DNA of 64,000 nt from Phoronis australis (Eukaryota > Animalia > Phoronida), in NCBI GenBank assembly GCA_002633005.1, contig NMRA01000388.1, positions 62,001 to 126,000 on the forward strand, read 5' to 3'. This document shows, one piece after another, positions 51,601-64,000 of the stretch (position 1 is the stretch's first letter; every line of letters starts with the position of its first letter). Position numbers and translations under genes: made by a program. Under the pieces are notes generated by a model, which ran no database searches, was not told the DNA's origin, and saw only the letters and a list, made by a program, of their open reading frames with translations.

Positions 51601-53952
51601 CTGCCGTACAGCAATCTGACTGCTGAGCTGTTCGAGAAACATGTTGATCTACATACCCAAGAATGAATAGCTCCAGAATGTTCTCCATGTCCTCTCTCAA
51701 GTAACAACCTATCTTGGCTTGACGAACTTGTATCTTCACTATACATTACAGAAACTCACAGCTTACAAGTGTATCAGAAAACACTGCGATTTGTAAATTC
51801 TATGACAAGTTCATATTCATAGGCGAGGTGCTCATGTTAATTTACCAGTTGAAATGGTCTTTCACAAGCTAGTAACTTGTAATCTGTTATACTAGAGTTT
51901 CTGCATTGAATGGGAAGGATTCATTAAGTTGTTAGTTTGTTCTGTCAATTCCTTCCTGTGTATGTTTGACGTTGTAATTTGTGGGATTCTGCTCTCGACT
52001 GGCTTTAAATGTGATTTTAAAGCCTTGATATTTGTGGTCATGGCTGAATTGCTGTTCAAAGACCTGTGACTATGATAAAGCTTCAATTAGAAGCCTGGGC
52101 ATTAATAAATTTCTGACATGATCTTGATTGGATGTATTTTTAATTACTAGGCCAAACCTACGATGAAAAACAGAAAACATCCTCATACTCAATCATCCCC
52201 AAGGATGTGTCAGGATATTAAAGAATTTTTACAGCATTTCTTACATAATTCATGTTCTCAATGGAAATAACATACTTTGTGCCAATTTTTATTGGGACAT
52301 CCCATAGCTCCTATATCAGCTGAATGCTTTTGGGACACCTGATATTACCACCACTGTTGAAGGTGAAACTGCTATTCCTAGGCAAATCTCAAACACTTGT
52401 ATTGCTAAGCAATTTCATATATTGTGTTATACAGTCCTTCAAACATATCTTGAAAAGAAACAGAAGTATTGTTATGGTAATCCTATAATTCAAATGTCAT
52501 GCCTCTGGCCACCGTATGGCTTCTCAATTAGAGAGACATTGTCCCTTTATTAAAGGCATCTCTACTCAGTAGCGGATCTAGGATACCATAAGGGGTGCCC
52601 AACATGTTGCCTTGGGGAATTGGGCAAAGCGCGATTGTATGTGCACAGGGGCCCGAAAGTTACGGGGGCCGGGATGTGGACGTTCCCTTCAGAAAATCTA
52701 TCGGTGGACACGATTCCTCTGGTATGTGAGCCCCCCTCATCCGCTACCGGTCCTAGTTGCTGAACTCTATATTTCCTCACGGTTCACGCTGTTGCTGCTT
52801 CATTTTGCGTGCGGCAGCCGGGGGGCGACCCCCCTAAATCCTCCTATGCTACTTAATGTTTTAAGTTCAAACGCACGACATGTTTAAGAGTTCTCGCAAA
52901 TCCCTACTCGTACTTGGCTAAGAAGTGCAAGAAACATTCATTTCCCTGTATGAAGGCCATTACCGATGTAAGGTAAAAAACAGAAAAACACGGTCAAACG
53001 CATTAAAATGATGCTGTGGTCAGTAAAATTTATTCAATAAATTTTGAAAAGACTTTTTCACTGACCAATTTAATGCATTTTACGGCGTTTTAGTTTTTAG
53101 TACTTCAAAGAACAAACAATAACAGGCAACAACTTTCTCACAAAAAACAACTTTTAGCATACCCTGTCTTCACCGAGCATTTGACGTAAAAAATATATTA
53201 TAAAAATGGCCAGCACTCAGGGGCACATCCAGAATTTTGAGTTAGGGGGGCCAGGGAGGAGTATTAGCCCGTCAGACATTTGCACCCCCGTACTACCGAA
53301 TGGAATCTGGGATAATATTAGGGGAGGGCATGGCCCCCTTACCCCCCGCCCTTAAATTCCCCTTTAGTACTGCCTCGTGTAAAAACAACCTCACAATCTA
53401 CACGACAGCATGTCTCCACTGAGCAAGACTGTAATACCTACTGGTACATCTTCAGTGATCAAACGAATAAAACCTACAACTGTTGGCACAGCACTGTGAA
53501 AATCACCGTGACCCCAAGGTCACAGTCATCCACTCCTCGTCACTCACAGCATTGCCTCGTTTATATTTATAACAATTTGACGTTGCATGCTAGTCTAACG
53601 CAGAAGCCACCGTTATACTGTTGCTGGGCGCTACACTCCACAGAGGTGGATTATGATTCATTTAATTGATACGAGTGTCAATGTTAACTTGTCCCTTATT
53701 CGTCAAATGCAAAGTGGGATGGCTAATGACCTTTTAGGCTAGTCAAATATCGGGTCAGTTGGGGCGTAAACTGACTGATATCGAAGCATATGTCATAGCT
53801 GAGCAAATGACAACGTCTTATTGGTCCCACAGTAAATGGGCGGTAACTTGACACACTTGGGAAGTACATTTCGAGTCAACTTTGACGCGCCTCGATGACT
53901 CGTAACGTGTCTGAAAAGACCCGTCAGAAGGTGACGCTAGGGGCGTTCCATA

Positions 53953-54315
53953 GTCGAGTGCAATACGGCCACGTGATATCGTTTTCCGTGTTCCCCTCCC
54001 GCCATACTTCAACGGTGCCCTCTGACATGGAAAGTTTAAAAAGTAGGTCAATGTGGAGTCGATGTCGTTAGCCGGTTCAATCATCAAACTTTCCGAAAAT
54101 AGTTTAAAGTAATACATTTCCAGCGGTATAACATTCAACATGTAATCAGGTCCCAAACGTGACATCTGGAACAAAGCTGTTAATTATTTCATACTTCTGT
54201 CTCAGTTATCAATTGCTAAATATTAAATGCTCTACAACTCAGGCAACGATTCCTCGGTAACTGCAATATCAAATAGTGTTGTTAATTAACTTTTTTTCAG
54301 GAAACGTTAAAAAAT
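53953..54315. repeat. Interspersed repeat homologous to 18718-19075, abutting the IS3EU end
   Basis: Similarity begins immediately after the TIR. Confidence 0.8.
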
Positions 54316-54319
54316 TGAA

Positions 54320-55260
54320 TGCTCGTTAAAAGAACTCAAACATTACTTATTTCAACGCCATTCCCCTTACATCTTATAACAAAACATTTTGACAAAGTCC
54401 ACTCAATGACAAGAAATGAATCTTTAAGAACTAAAACGAAAGACCTCAATACTAATAATAGAATACCTTTCATAACCATGTTCAATCCAAAAACTCTTTT
54501 CTCATCCACCAATAATTTCTTGGAGAAAATGTAAAAGTCTGAAAACAATATTTAGTTAGAGCAAATTTGGACTATAAAAACCAAACTGACAAACCTATTG
54601 GCAACACACAATGTAACAAATCGAGATGCAAAATGTGTAATTTTGTCAACGAAAATCCTTCCTTCCGGTCTTCTCAAACCGATGAAAACTTCGAAATAAA
54701 ACATTCTTCTGACTGCACCACCAACAACATCATTCGCCTAATAACATCCAATACGTAGGACAAATTTAACGTAATCTACAAACTCGGTTTCGCAATCATA
54801 GATTGGGCATAATACATAAAAACATTTCTGATACTATAGGTAATCATTTAAATTTCAAAAGCCATAATCTACAAGATCTTTCCTTATAAATAATAGAAAA
54901 ACTCCAATACTTCAGTACCCTTCAAAGACTCAAAAGAGTAGAATTTTGGATAAATAAGCTCAACACACTTGAACCCAATGGATTAAACATAAAGACTTCT
55001 TAAATTATATCTTTTATATTTCTCTGCAACATTCTATCAAGTTCATTATGCCACATGTCAGATGTCACATCTTTTTTGATTTTACTTTATTCTGTTGACA
55101 AAGGGTGTGTTTCGCAAGGTTACCAGCTAATGTAAGGGAATCAGCTTTCGTCGTGTTCACGCTACACCTGGGAAGTTGCCCTTGTGATACATGCTTGAGT
55201 TAGGAAAAAAATGAATCACCTAAAAGCTGTGCTGTTATCAACGTTTTTAAGTATTATTTG
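54320..55260 (+). mobile_element. Penelope-like retroelement 3' remnant (RT thumb, GIY-YIG endonuclease, degenerate pLTR)
   Basis: RIPFITMFNP, CNKSRCKMC, DCTTNNII, YVGQ..R.LQTRFRNHR, IGNHLN..SH, EFWINKLNTLEPNGLN; frameshifts; pLTR-like CTTGAG...CCTAAAAGCT near 55195-55228. Confidence 0.88.
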
Positions 55261-58200
55261 CTATTGCCATCCAGTTTTTTGTTTATCGCTTTTCATTCTT
55301 TGTCGAACGCCCGTTTTTTATAGTTATTTCACCCGTACCCGTTCACAAATGTGATGGCGGTAATACCACGAAGTTCATACACCCAATGTGTCTTTATTAC
55401 CATACCTCATATTCACATATACAGATCTATTTGTGAATGAGTGTATGTTTCACGTGTTAAGCTGGAATGAACAACGTCCTCAATCAAATTAGCCTAGTGC
55501 AGTTCCCATCAGTAGAGCAAGGGGTCCGATTGTTGTGCAAACATAATGTGACAAAAAGAAGCACAGTGGCCTTGGAATGTGGAATACACCAGCTTCTGTG
55601 GAACACATGTCTGGCACTGCGTTGTCTTCCAACAAATGGAGTCTAACGACACACCTCGTTCAACGTATCCAGTACCTGACCCTGTACTGCATGCGGATGC
55701 TCAAATAATGTTCGATTGGGTTTATAGAGGATAAGTGTTGGTAGGCAGTAAATTTCAAAGACCTTCCATCAATAAAATTCTTTGCTCCCTCTTTTCCATT
55801 GACGAAGATGAACTTTTCAACCAATAATCGAGATTTACAAAGGCATTTCCAATCTTGGGTTGCTTTTACGTAGTAACCGGTACCTGTAAAAGAGAAAAGA
55901 AAAACAACGGTCAAATATACTTGGTAGCCATTTTGATAAATCGGTGTTCTCCACGATCAGTTTTAACATGTCGCTTCAACATGGTAAAGTTCAGTAATGC
56001 TAGGATTTCGCAAAAAATGCTAGCCAAAATCACTCGTTCTCATTTAAAATACATGAAAAAATCTCACGTAATCTTGCTAAGTCCTGTATTTCAACGAGGT
56101 CCAAGTGTTACTGAACTCAGGGGAGGTTTGCCGGTGCTCCATCAGGTTTGAATAAACCTGCAACATGCGGACTTTTTGCCCTTTACAACGAATGCCTGCC
56201 AGTTAGGTCTTTCTGACAGGTTTGGATTATCACTGATTATTACTTGGCATTACACACACAACAACAGGAAATTGTCACACATGAAAGCGATTCTAGACGT
56301 GATCAATCTTTTTTGATAACTTGAAAATTTTAATCATTAGAAGAAAGTGCGCAGGGGGATTGTGTCATTGTGTACCAGACCAAAGTGGCAAAAGGATGAC
56401 CCAGATAAACATTAATATCTGACCTGATGCAGGAAACCCCGAATACCTGAAATTGTCTTTATTTACAATTCAATTTGGACCCAAAATGTAAAAATTTGAT
56501 GATTGTCTACTATTTATGACCATAATATTCCGGAGCAGGACTGATTCCACATCAGCACTTAACGCCGAAATGAATGATTAAATCGGGAAACGTGAAACTT
56601 TTGAACAGTTGACGCTGCAGTTGTAAGCCTACGCCGGAGACAAAGAAAGACCCCGGCGTGACTGCATGAGCCTCGGTTCACTTTTAAAAAAATGGACAAA
56701 AATGGATTTACATGTATCTATGGCACTGCACTAAAGACTTGTATAAAGGTTGAGATCTTGGCCACTTACTTATAATATAAAAGCACTTTTAACGGAAGCA
56801 TAAGCGAGGAACTCTCACCTCGTCATCGTAGACTCTTAGAAGTTCTCTCAGAAGACCACAACCGCAGGACACAGATTACGCTTACGCGGCGGCGAACGGG
56901 TGCGCATAAAATACCGAGGCCGCCCCTTCGCTTTAATGGAATTTCAGAAAATTATTTAACGTCGACATAGTTTCTTTGGCTACGTAAAACATTGAAAGCA
57001 TATGAAGAATAAGAAAGTAGTTTTTCTAAGCCTCGTGTGCCGTCACGTGAGAACGCCGCATGTGATTTACATGGACGGGTGATGAAAATCTCTCATGACG
57101 CAAGAAAAAATCGTATTATGCACAGGGTAAGTTAGTCAGTAAACCAACAATTGTGTTTCTCGTGTGATCGTACAGAGTATCAGTTCACGACACAAAAACT
57201 GTTTCAGTAAAAGTTGTAACAATACGACCTTTTTCAGCTTAGACCAAACTGAGCAAGACTTGCGCTTGCCAGCCAGCTAGCTGTATGAAGACTGTATACA
57301 GCTTTGTACCAAGGCTAGACTTGCGCCAGCTTTACTAAAATGGGTATTCCGCTAAGTCTTGCCGGATTTACGATATAATCAGGTTGTCGAGTGGCGTAGC
57401 TCATACTCAACTCGGTAAACTATTTAAGGGTTATTTAGTTACCGACTACAAGTGGAGTAACTTTGAAATTATGTAAGCACAAGAATGACGAAGAAAGATC
57501 TTACTTAACTTTAATGTGACTAAAAACTGCACTCTCCCGTGGGTTAAGGTGGCCTTGTTGCCAAGCTTTGCAGCTCTGTGGGTGCAAAACTGACCAAATA
57601 AAATCTGACACAAAAATAGTGTCATTAAAACTACTCTGTTCCTTGAGTAAACTAAATTAGTTACCGGCGTTGGAAAATTGGCTTTCTACCATTATTCTGC
57701 TGCTGAAATTGTGGTGTGATCTTTTGCGCGCCATGAAGTTTTGCGTCACCTATTGGCCGCTTTCTTTTTCCCCGATTCTTTAGTCAACTCAACAAGGTTG
57801 CGTACATGTCACAACAAATTATTGGATCTGGTTTCATTTAGTTACAAGTTTTTAGTATTTTAATACCAGCAAACCGAATTTCAGAACAAAATTTGCTGCT
57901 GTGAAGTTGTCATCATCTCCGGCGAGATGCCTGCACCCCGCCGTTTGTTAGCTCTACATGTTGAAATACGCTTCACGACGGGTTGACGAGAAGAACTACC
58001 AGGGCTGTGTGAATTTTCGGGGTCTAACGCAGCTCGATCAACACACAGTGGTACCTACATGTAGCTGTATTTGACGATAGTCTTCATACATCTAGCTGCC
58101 TGGCTAACGTTAAGGGTGGTAACTATTACCGCTGTACCAATTAGTCTGATGCTAAATTTTGGAACCATATGACGTTTCCGCTAATGGCCAATTTCTTTTT

Positions 58201-58619
58201 AACAGGTATACGAAATAACAATTATTCATAAATAAATCAAATTATTTATGTTTTCCTACTGGTAGAACCTTACACTATCAAGAATAGATGAAAGGATTTC
58301 TAGTGATATATGTGTGACTTTAATGCAATTTGGTTCGAAAACAACGAAATTGCAAACAATTTTAGTGACGGTAAATTCCATAGCAAGATCCAACACAGGT
58401 ACAAACGAATGAAAACAAATTCCACGCATGCGCGGTACCACCTCAGCTGCGCGAGATCGAAATTCCTAGATTTCTATGCTTTGCTGAGGAAGAACCAATT
58501 CGACCATTCACAATCAAGGACACGTGTTTTAGAAAACCGCTTTATTAGAGTATAACAACATTTTCCATACACGTCAGAAAGGCATGGTTCAATCTCGATT
58601 TACTTGTGTGCAAATTCAC

Positions 58620-58798
58620 AATTGACCTATCGCAAGCTCCACCCCCTTGCGAATTTTCGGTAAAAAAACAATAAACTTTTCACTGTAAGGAGTTGTTTGT
58701 CGGATAAAATGGCAACTTGGAAACAACGGTATGTCAAAAATGCTGCGTTGGGATTGGTCAGTTAAGCCGTAACCCAAACTCCTGGCGATAGGTCAATT
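58620..58798. mobile_element. Small MITE, ~180 bp
   Basis: 14-bp inverted ends AATTGACCTATCGC / GCGATAGGTCAATT. Confidence 0.6.
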
Positions 58799-59083
58799 AG
58801 GGGCATGCGCTGAATTGTTGGGTTTATGCTAACAGCGTTACCGTAACCAATTTAACCCAACAATTTTTTGAAAAATGCATTAGATCTGCTGTAGGCGCTT
58901 GGGCCTAAAATGCGCATAGATGATGATAAAAGAAACTCGACAACAATATTATTAATATTCATATAAAAGATGGAAATTCAACAATAATTGCATGTCAGTT
59001 GTAAGGAATAGCACATCACCACTGTCTTGGCAACACTTCCTAGTTACATGTAAGGTGGCGCTTGAGTGAGCTCGAAGGCATCT

Positions 59084-62000
59084 TAGCGGAGAGGGAATTC
59101 ATGAAAATCGCGCACTTTGTGACAAGTTTCTGCAAATTGGTACAATGTTAGGAATAGGTAAAACATTTCTAAAAAGCACCGCAAACAAACTGTGCTAACC
59201 CCCTAGTGGCCGCTACGCACAAAATCCAACATGGCCGCCGCCGAAAATGGAAATTGGCATATCTCGGCTATGATCATAACCAGATCATGTTGTAAATCCA
59301 TGTTTTCAGTATTTTTGGGTGCGGGGAGTTTATTTCTGATGTTAGTTTTTATGATTTGAGGCCATTAAAATATTTTTAAACTTTCTATGAACTGAAAATA
59401 CCAAACGCTTGGCCCCGCGCATTGTGTCCGGATAGAAAATGTCAAACGCTTGTTCCCGCGCAGCTCCACTCTTGCATCTATTGGTTGTTGGTTTGAATAA
59501 GGCTGCATATAATGCTCAGAAGAAAAAAATGCAATGGCGGTACCCTGATGAGGTCGGTGAATCAAAAATGGTAAGCCTATGCTTCATGGGCATGCTCCAC
59601 ATCGAAATGGCATCTCAAGAGAGTGGAGGTAAACTGTTGGACGGATCTGGATGGGACCACATGTTCTCCCTAGACTCCTGGTGTTGCACCATCTCCTCTG
59701 GGTGGAAAGCATGTCAAGCGTACCAGATGTACATACCAACTCACATTGGCTTCATGATTTAAAGAAACAGGCATATGATGATGAGTACTGTCATGAAAAG
59801 TCTGGACCTCACGAAAGCTTTGATATGTGGGAAAAACGAGTCTGCAATGCTCCAACAGTTTGTTAATGGAAAATGGTAAGAGACTACCTGCTAATTAACT
59901 GTCGCTTCATTCGAGGTCAGAGACTGGGCCATTGACTTTGAAAGCCCATGTGAAGAATTGTGTCTATGGTTTTTTGCATTTGTACATACGAATTACGCTG
60001 GATGCCTTTTTTCTTGAGAGCCATGGTACAACTTCCACAGACCCACCCTTCAGTGGACGAAGATTTCATGGAAGGGAAATTTGGTGTTCAATGTAGTGAC
60101 TGGAAGTTTTCTGTGACATGAGCCAAGAGCACAGTATGAAGTTCTTGAAGGAGGACAGTGGTGCAAACGGACTCTACAAGAAGACAAGTAATGATTGAGC
60201 TCTTAAGGGCAGAAGTGTTGAGCTTAATTGATGAGTTTGAGGATGCATGCTTCTCAACATCAAGAAACAATGACAATCTGAAGCATCCTGAGTCTTCTAT
60301 TGCTGAACAAACAAAGTTTCTGAAGGACCTCAAAGCTCTCTGCGACCTTGTGAAGGAGGGTTGAGTTGTCAATCCGTTCCAGGAGACTTGCTCAGATCTT
60401 ATTACCTTGGACACTGGTGAGATCATAGATCCCGAGATCATCAACTGCCTTAGTGAACATCCGAACATTGGTCAAACCAAATTCACAGAAATTGTTACCA
60501 AACCATTGTCTGACATAAACCCAAGGACCAACTTGTTTACTTTCGCCAACAGACCTTCCACTGATTTGAAAAAGAATATTGACAAGCTGGGATCTGCCAA
60601 AGCGAATACGGCTATCATCATTAAGATGTTCATGTCACTCCAAGCACTTCCTGGAATAGAGATCGTAGAGTTTTCAGGCACGAAAATCAGCGTGAACCCC
60701 CATCTTTATGCGGTAGAGATAAACTTCTGTCAGGAACCATATCTGATATTCTTTCATGTCTGCCTGGCATGCCAGTTCCTGGCCGATCTCAAGCAGTCAA
60801 AGGAGCTTCTGTGGTTCTCGACGTGGCCGCCACAATACATCTTATATAACCCCAGCGTGCAAAAGTGTTTGGGGTGTATACACAGACGCAATTGGTGCCA
60901 CAGGTGCAAAGCCAGATGGCAGAGAGCACAAGAAGAGTGGATGCAGTCTGGGACACATACGGAGAGGATAGTCTGAAGTCATAAACTCATGTGAAGCGTG
61001 GCGAGACTGAATGGCGACAAAAACGGGTTTCGGCTAAGATACAAATGCCAGGGGAACTCAGTGGCATACATTCCTCAAAATTGTTAAAACAAGGACGAGC
61101 TCTTCCAGTTCGACATCGACGACCTTCTGGGCATCACAGCTGATTCACAGTACCAACTTCTTGCAACAAATGTCGACCTAATATTCAGCAGCAAACCAAC
61201 AGACGTATCACCGTTGTTTCCACGGCTACAGACAGTAGCTGACACGAGGATGGTGATGCATTTGCAACATGCAGCTGTTCAGGATGACACCAAGGCTTAC
61301 CTTAGGACACTTGTCAGTGTCGCGGTGGTTCTAGCAGTCAGCTTCTTTCACAAGCAAGGCCTCTAAGAGTTGTGGATTGGATTTGCATCTGGAAAAACTA
61401 TATGGATATTTCTATCCACCAAATCTCTTAAAATCTTTGGCCGCAGAAATGTGAAGTCATCCCACTCTTCCATGTACTGACAGGTTGTGATGTCGTCTCA
61501 GCAATCTTCGTGATTGAAAAACCATGGAATGCTTGGGCTGCTTTCCCCGAGGTCACAAATACTTTTATTGCCATCACTTATGACCCAACTACCCTCACAC
61601 ATGACTAGATTCTTTTACGACACCTTGAACGCTAAATAGTACTAAAATACAGTAAAAACTGAGGGACACGACCTGTGAATGACGCATGAAAGCTTCTGTT
61701 CACCCATGAACTGAAGACTCCTGAATCACTACCACCAACACAGCATGTTTCATTCCAACATGGTAAGCGTTCCCTGCTCACTGCACGTTTGTTTGGAAAC
61801 AGTCTCTTGCCAATAAAACCCCAGATACCAAACCATGTCTATGGGGTTGGAAATAGAATGCTAGAGCTACAAAATGAGTGCCATATTGGTCAGATCTGGA
61901 AGATGTAAGCCAGTTGTGTTCGCTACTTGTAGCTGTGTTGTTGCCTGCAAAGGCAATTGTAAGTGCCACCGAGCTGGACTTGGCCGGTGTACCACAGTGT

Positions 62001-62638
62001 GCAAATGTGAAGGTGCCTGACATTTCATCTTTCTCAATATCTAGTTGTTTTATAAGTTAGTATGCATACATGATACAAATTAGCAGCCACCAGTATTTAG
62101 CAGACAATTCTGTTCATTCAGTTGCTAATAAAATAGCTATGTTTCTATAGTCTCAGTCTAGAAGTATTGTCACAGTCAGTCCTATTTTGTTCAAACCTGG
62201 TTTTGGAAAAAGGTAATTTTAGAATTTTATGCGGTGAATCACATCGATTTTCCCATTAATTAAACAAAGTAACTTTTACGAGGACAAAAATAAATTTGAG
62301 TTATTTTGAATGACATTTGCTTTAAAAGTATCGTTTTGCGTTGGAACTGACCCCAAAACATAAAACTAGCACCAAAAATGCACTTCTCACCCCTCAAAAC
62401 ATTGAAACGATGATATCACAATGTGTTCTAGTGATAATAATAGCCAACATATGCCAATTTCCATTTTCGGCGGCGGCCATATTGGATTTTGCGCGTAACA
62501 ACCACCAGGGGGTAAGAACACTTTGTTTGCGGTGTTTTTTGAATTTCTTTTGCTTATACCTAATAGCGTGCCAAATTGCAAAAACGTGTCACAAAGTGCC
62601 CAATTTTTGCAAATCTGTACATTATTCCCTCCCCGCTA
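59084..62638 (+). mobile_element. Academ DNA transposon, internally deleted and degraded (3555 bp)
   Basis: Termini TAGCGGAGAGGGAAT / ATTCCCTCCCCGCTA, TCT duplication (59081-59083, 62639-62641), long subterminal inverted arms. Protein relics: MGMLHIEMA...LDGSGW, ADTRMVMHL, LTGCDVVS, C-terminal CKGNCKC..AGL..CT..CKCEG. Confidence 0.9.
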
Positions 62639-62699
62639 TCTTAAGTTACAGCTACCTTTCAATGCACGAAAGGTAACCTTATACTAAGGTGACTTTGTG

Positions 62700-64000
62700 G
62701 TGGCTTTGGGTTAGCGTATTGTGCGTATTGTGAAAGAGGCTTGGAGTTTGTTGTGTAATTTTGTTGGTTTTTTTGGGAAAGTGGAAGCTATACATTTTTG
62801 GAAACCTCGTGGAATGACAGTTCAGAAAATAATTGATTCCATTTTTGTCGGGCGTCTTGGATTTTCAAAAATGGCGCCGGTAAAATGCATTTTGCCCAAT
62901 ATCTCCGCTTTTGGGTCACATACATTGTTGTTTTTTATGGCTACACCTGCATTTCTCAGCTCAAGGAATTGGAAATTTTATTTTATTGGCGGCAATCTTG
63001 GCGGCCATCTTAGATTTTTAAAAATGGCCCCATAAAATACATTTTCCTCAGTGTCTTTGTTCTTGGGTCACTTAGAACGTTAGTTATAATGGCTGCACCC
63101 ACATTTTTGTGGTGAAGAAATATGAAAATCCAACTCATTAAATAGAAAACATAACCAAAACCCCTTTTATTAGCAGCCACATTTTCTAAATGCATTCTTC
63201 ATGTAATCCAACACATATGATCACTATCTAACTTTCTTGTATATTTTGTTCGGAGCTTGTTTCCTTCAAGACACTTAAACTAAACCAGTATCCAAACAAC
63301 TTATTTACCTTTGAAGAGCATGAGAATGTGTTTTTGTAGCGTCAATAGTCTTTCAAAACTTTGAAATCAGTCTATAGATCATTACTATAGTCATCACTGT
63401 CACCAGGAATCACATAATCATCACCATTTTTACACTCTGCCCTATACTGATATAGATCTGAGTAAGGAAGGTACTTCGATCGGCAAGAGCATCTTTTGGA
63501 AAGGGGCAATCGTTTTTGCACTGGCATCTAACCAGTCCAATGATAGCCTTTGGCGCCGGAAGCTCCTCAGTTGTGAGGGTTTCATCTGGTCATCTTTGTC
63601 CTTGTAAATTCATTCTGCAATGGGTCAAGGACCTCCAGTCGAGCAATGACTGCCTGGTCCCACACTCTAGCTTGAATAAACACCCTCAGCACATGCTGTT
63701 TCAAAGCACCAATGTTTGGTGGACGTTTGTCACCTTCAGCCATACGTTTACAGAGGAGGTACATTCTCAACTCTGGGAGGCTATTTGTCTCTATTCCTGT
63801 GGTGAGTACGCAGCACATGTAAAAGGGGCTAATGTGAAAAGAGGTTCACCTGTTACTTCGTAAGCAGTACAAAGAGTCTGCAGTGCATTAATATCATCAG
63901 CGTTTGCCTTCAAATATATATTCAACCTACAGAATGGACCAGTGTTGTCTGTCAATGTAAAAGCATGGAAAGCCAGAAGAGCCTTTGCCCAGACAGCACC
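62700..64000 (-). mobile_element. Second Academ-type element, 3' part, running off the window
   Basis: KALLAFHAFT.TD, LRMYL...RPPNIGALKQHVLR..IQARVW and a Cys-rich tail; subterminal GGCGGCCATCTT..ATTTT repeats at 62850-63030; terminus not resolved. Confidence 0.75.

Larger units (their letters stand above)
44942..53952 (+). mobile_element. IS3EU-type DNA transposon, defective, copy 2 (9011 bp)
   Basis: Same TIRs (TATGGAACG... at 44942; ...CGTTCCATA ending 53952); ORF track mirrors copy 1; same nested insertions. Confidence 0.85.

Noticed and set aside
31032-53952. Two alleles (haplotigs) mis-assembled as an inverted duplication
   Set aside because: Homology ends exactly at the TIRs and all four flanks differ, whereas alleles would share flanks. 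A scaffold misjoin at the N is not fully excluded.
60407-60976. 189-aa host gene
   Set aside because: It lies within the Academ element and shifts out of the transposase frame midway.

Overview
This looks like AT-rich, intron-containing animal genomic DNA, probably from a marine invertebrate (inferred from the repeat families); nothing in it looks prokaryotic. The left part (1-22 kb) holds two minus-strand loci. Gene A appears intact: four coding exons (21552-13136), one a 16-nt micro-exon, giving a ~242-aa secreted protein built around one ~210-aa domain that resembles the N-terminal domain of invertebrate SCUBE-like proteins. Locus B (11922 to ~4460) is a degraded chain of exons resembling a type-I membrane receptor pseudogene. 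The rest is mostly mobile DNA: Harbinger- and Kolobok-like MITEs, Penelope fragments, a Gypsy gag-pol remnant and two Academ elements. The dominant structure is a 22.9-kb inverted repeat (31032-53952) formed by two head-to-head copies of a defective IS3EU-type transposon separated by 4.25 kb. None of its four ends has a target-site duplication, a ~2.3-kb tract looks identical between otherwise diverged arms, and each arm carries a tandem array of CTCF-like motifs, so the two arrays converge. All calls come from reading by eye; family assignments rest on recalled motifs and need database confirmation.
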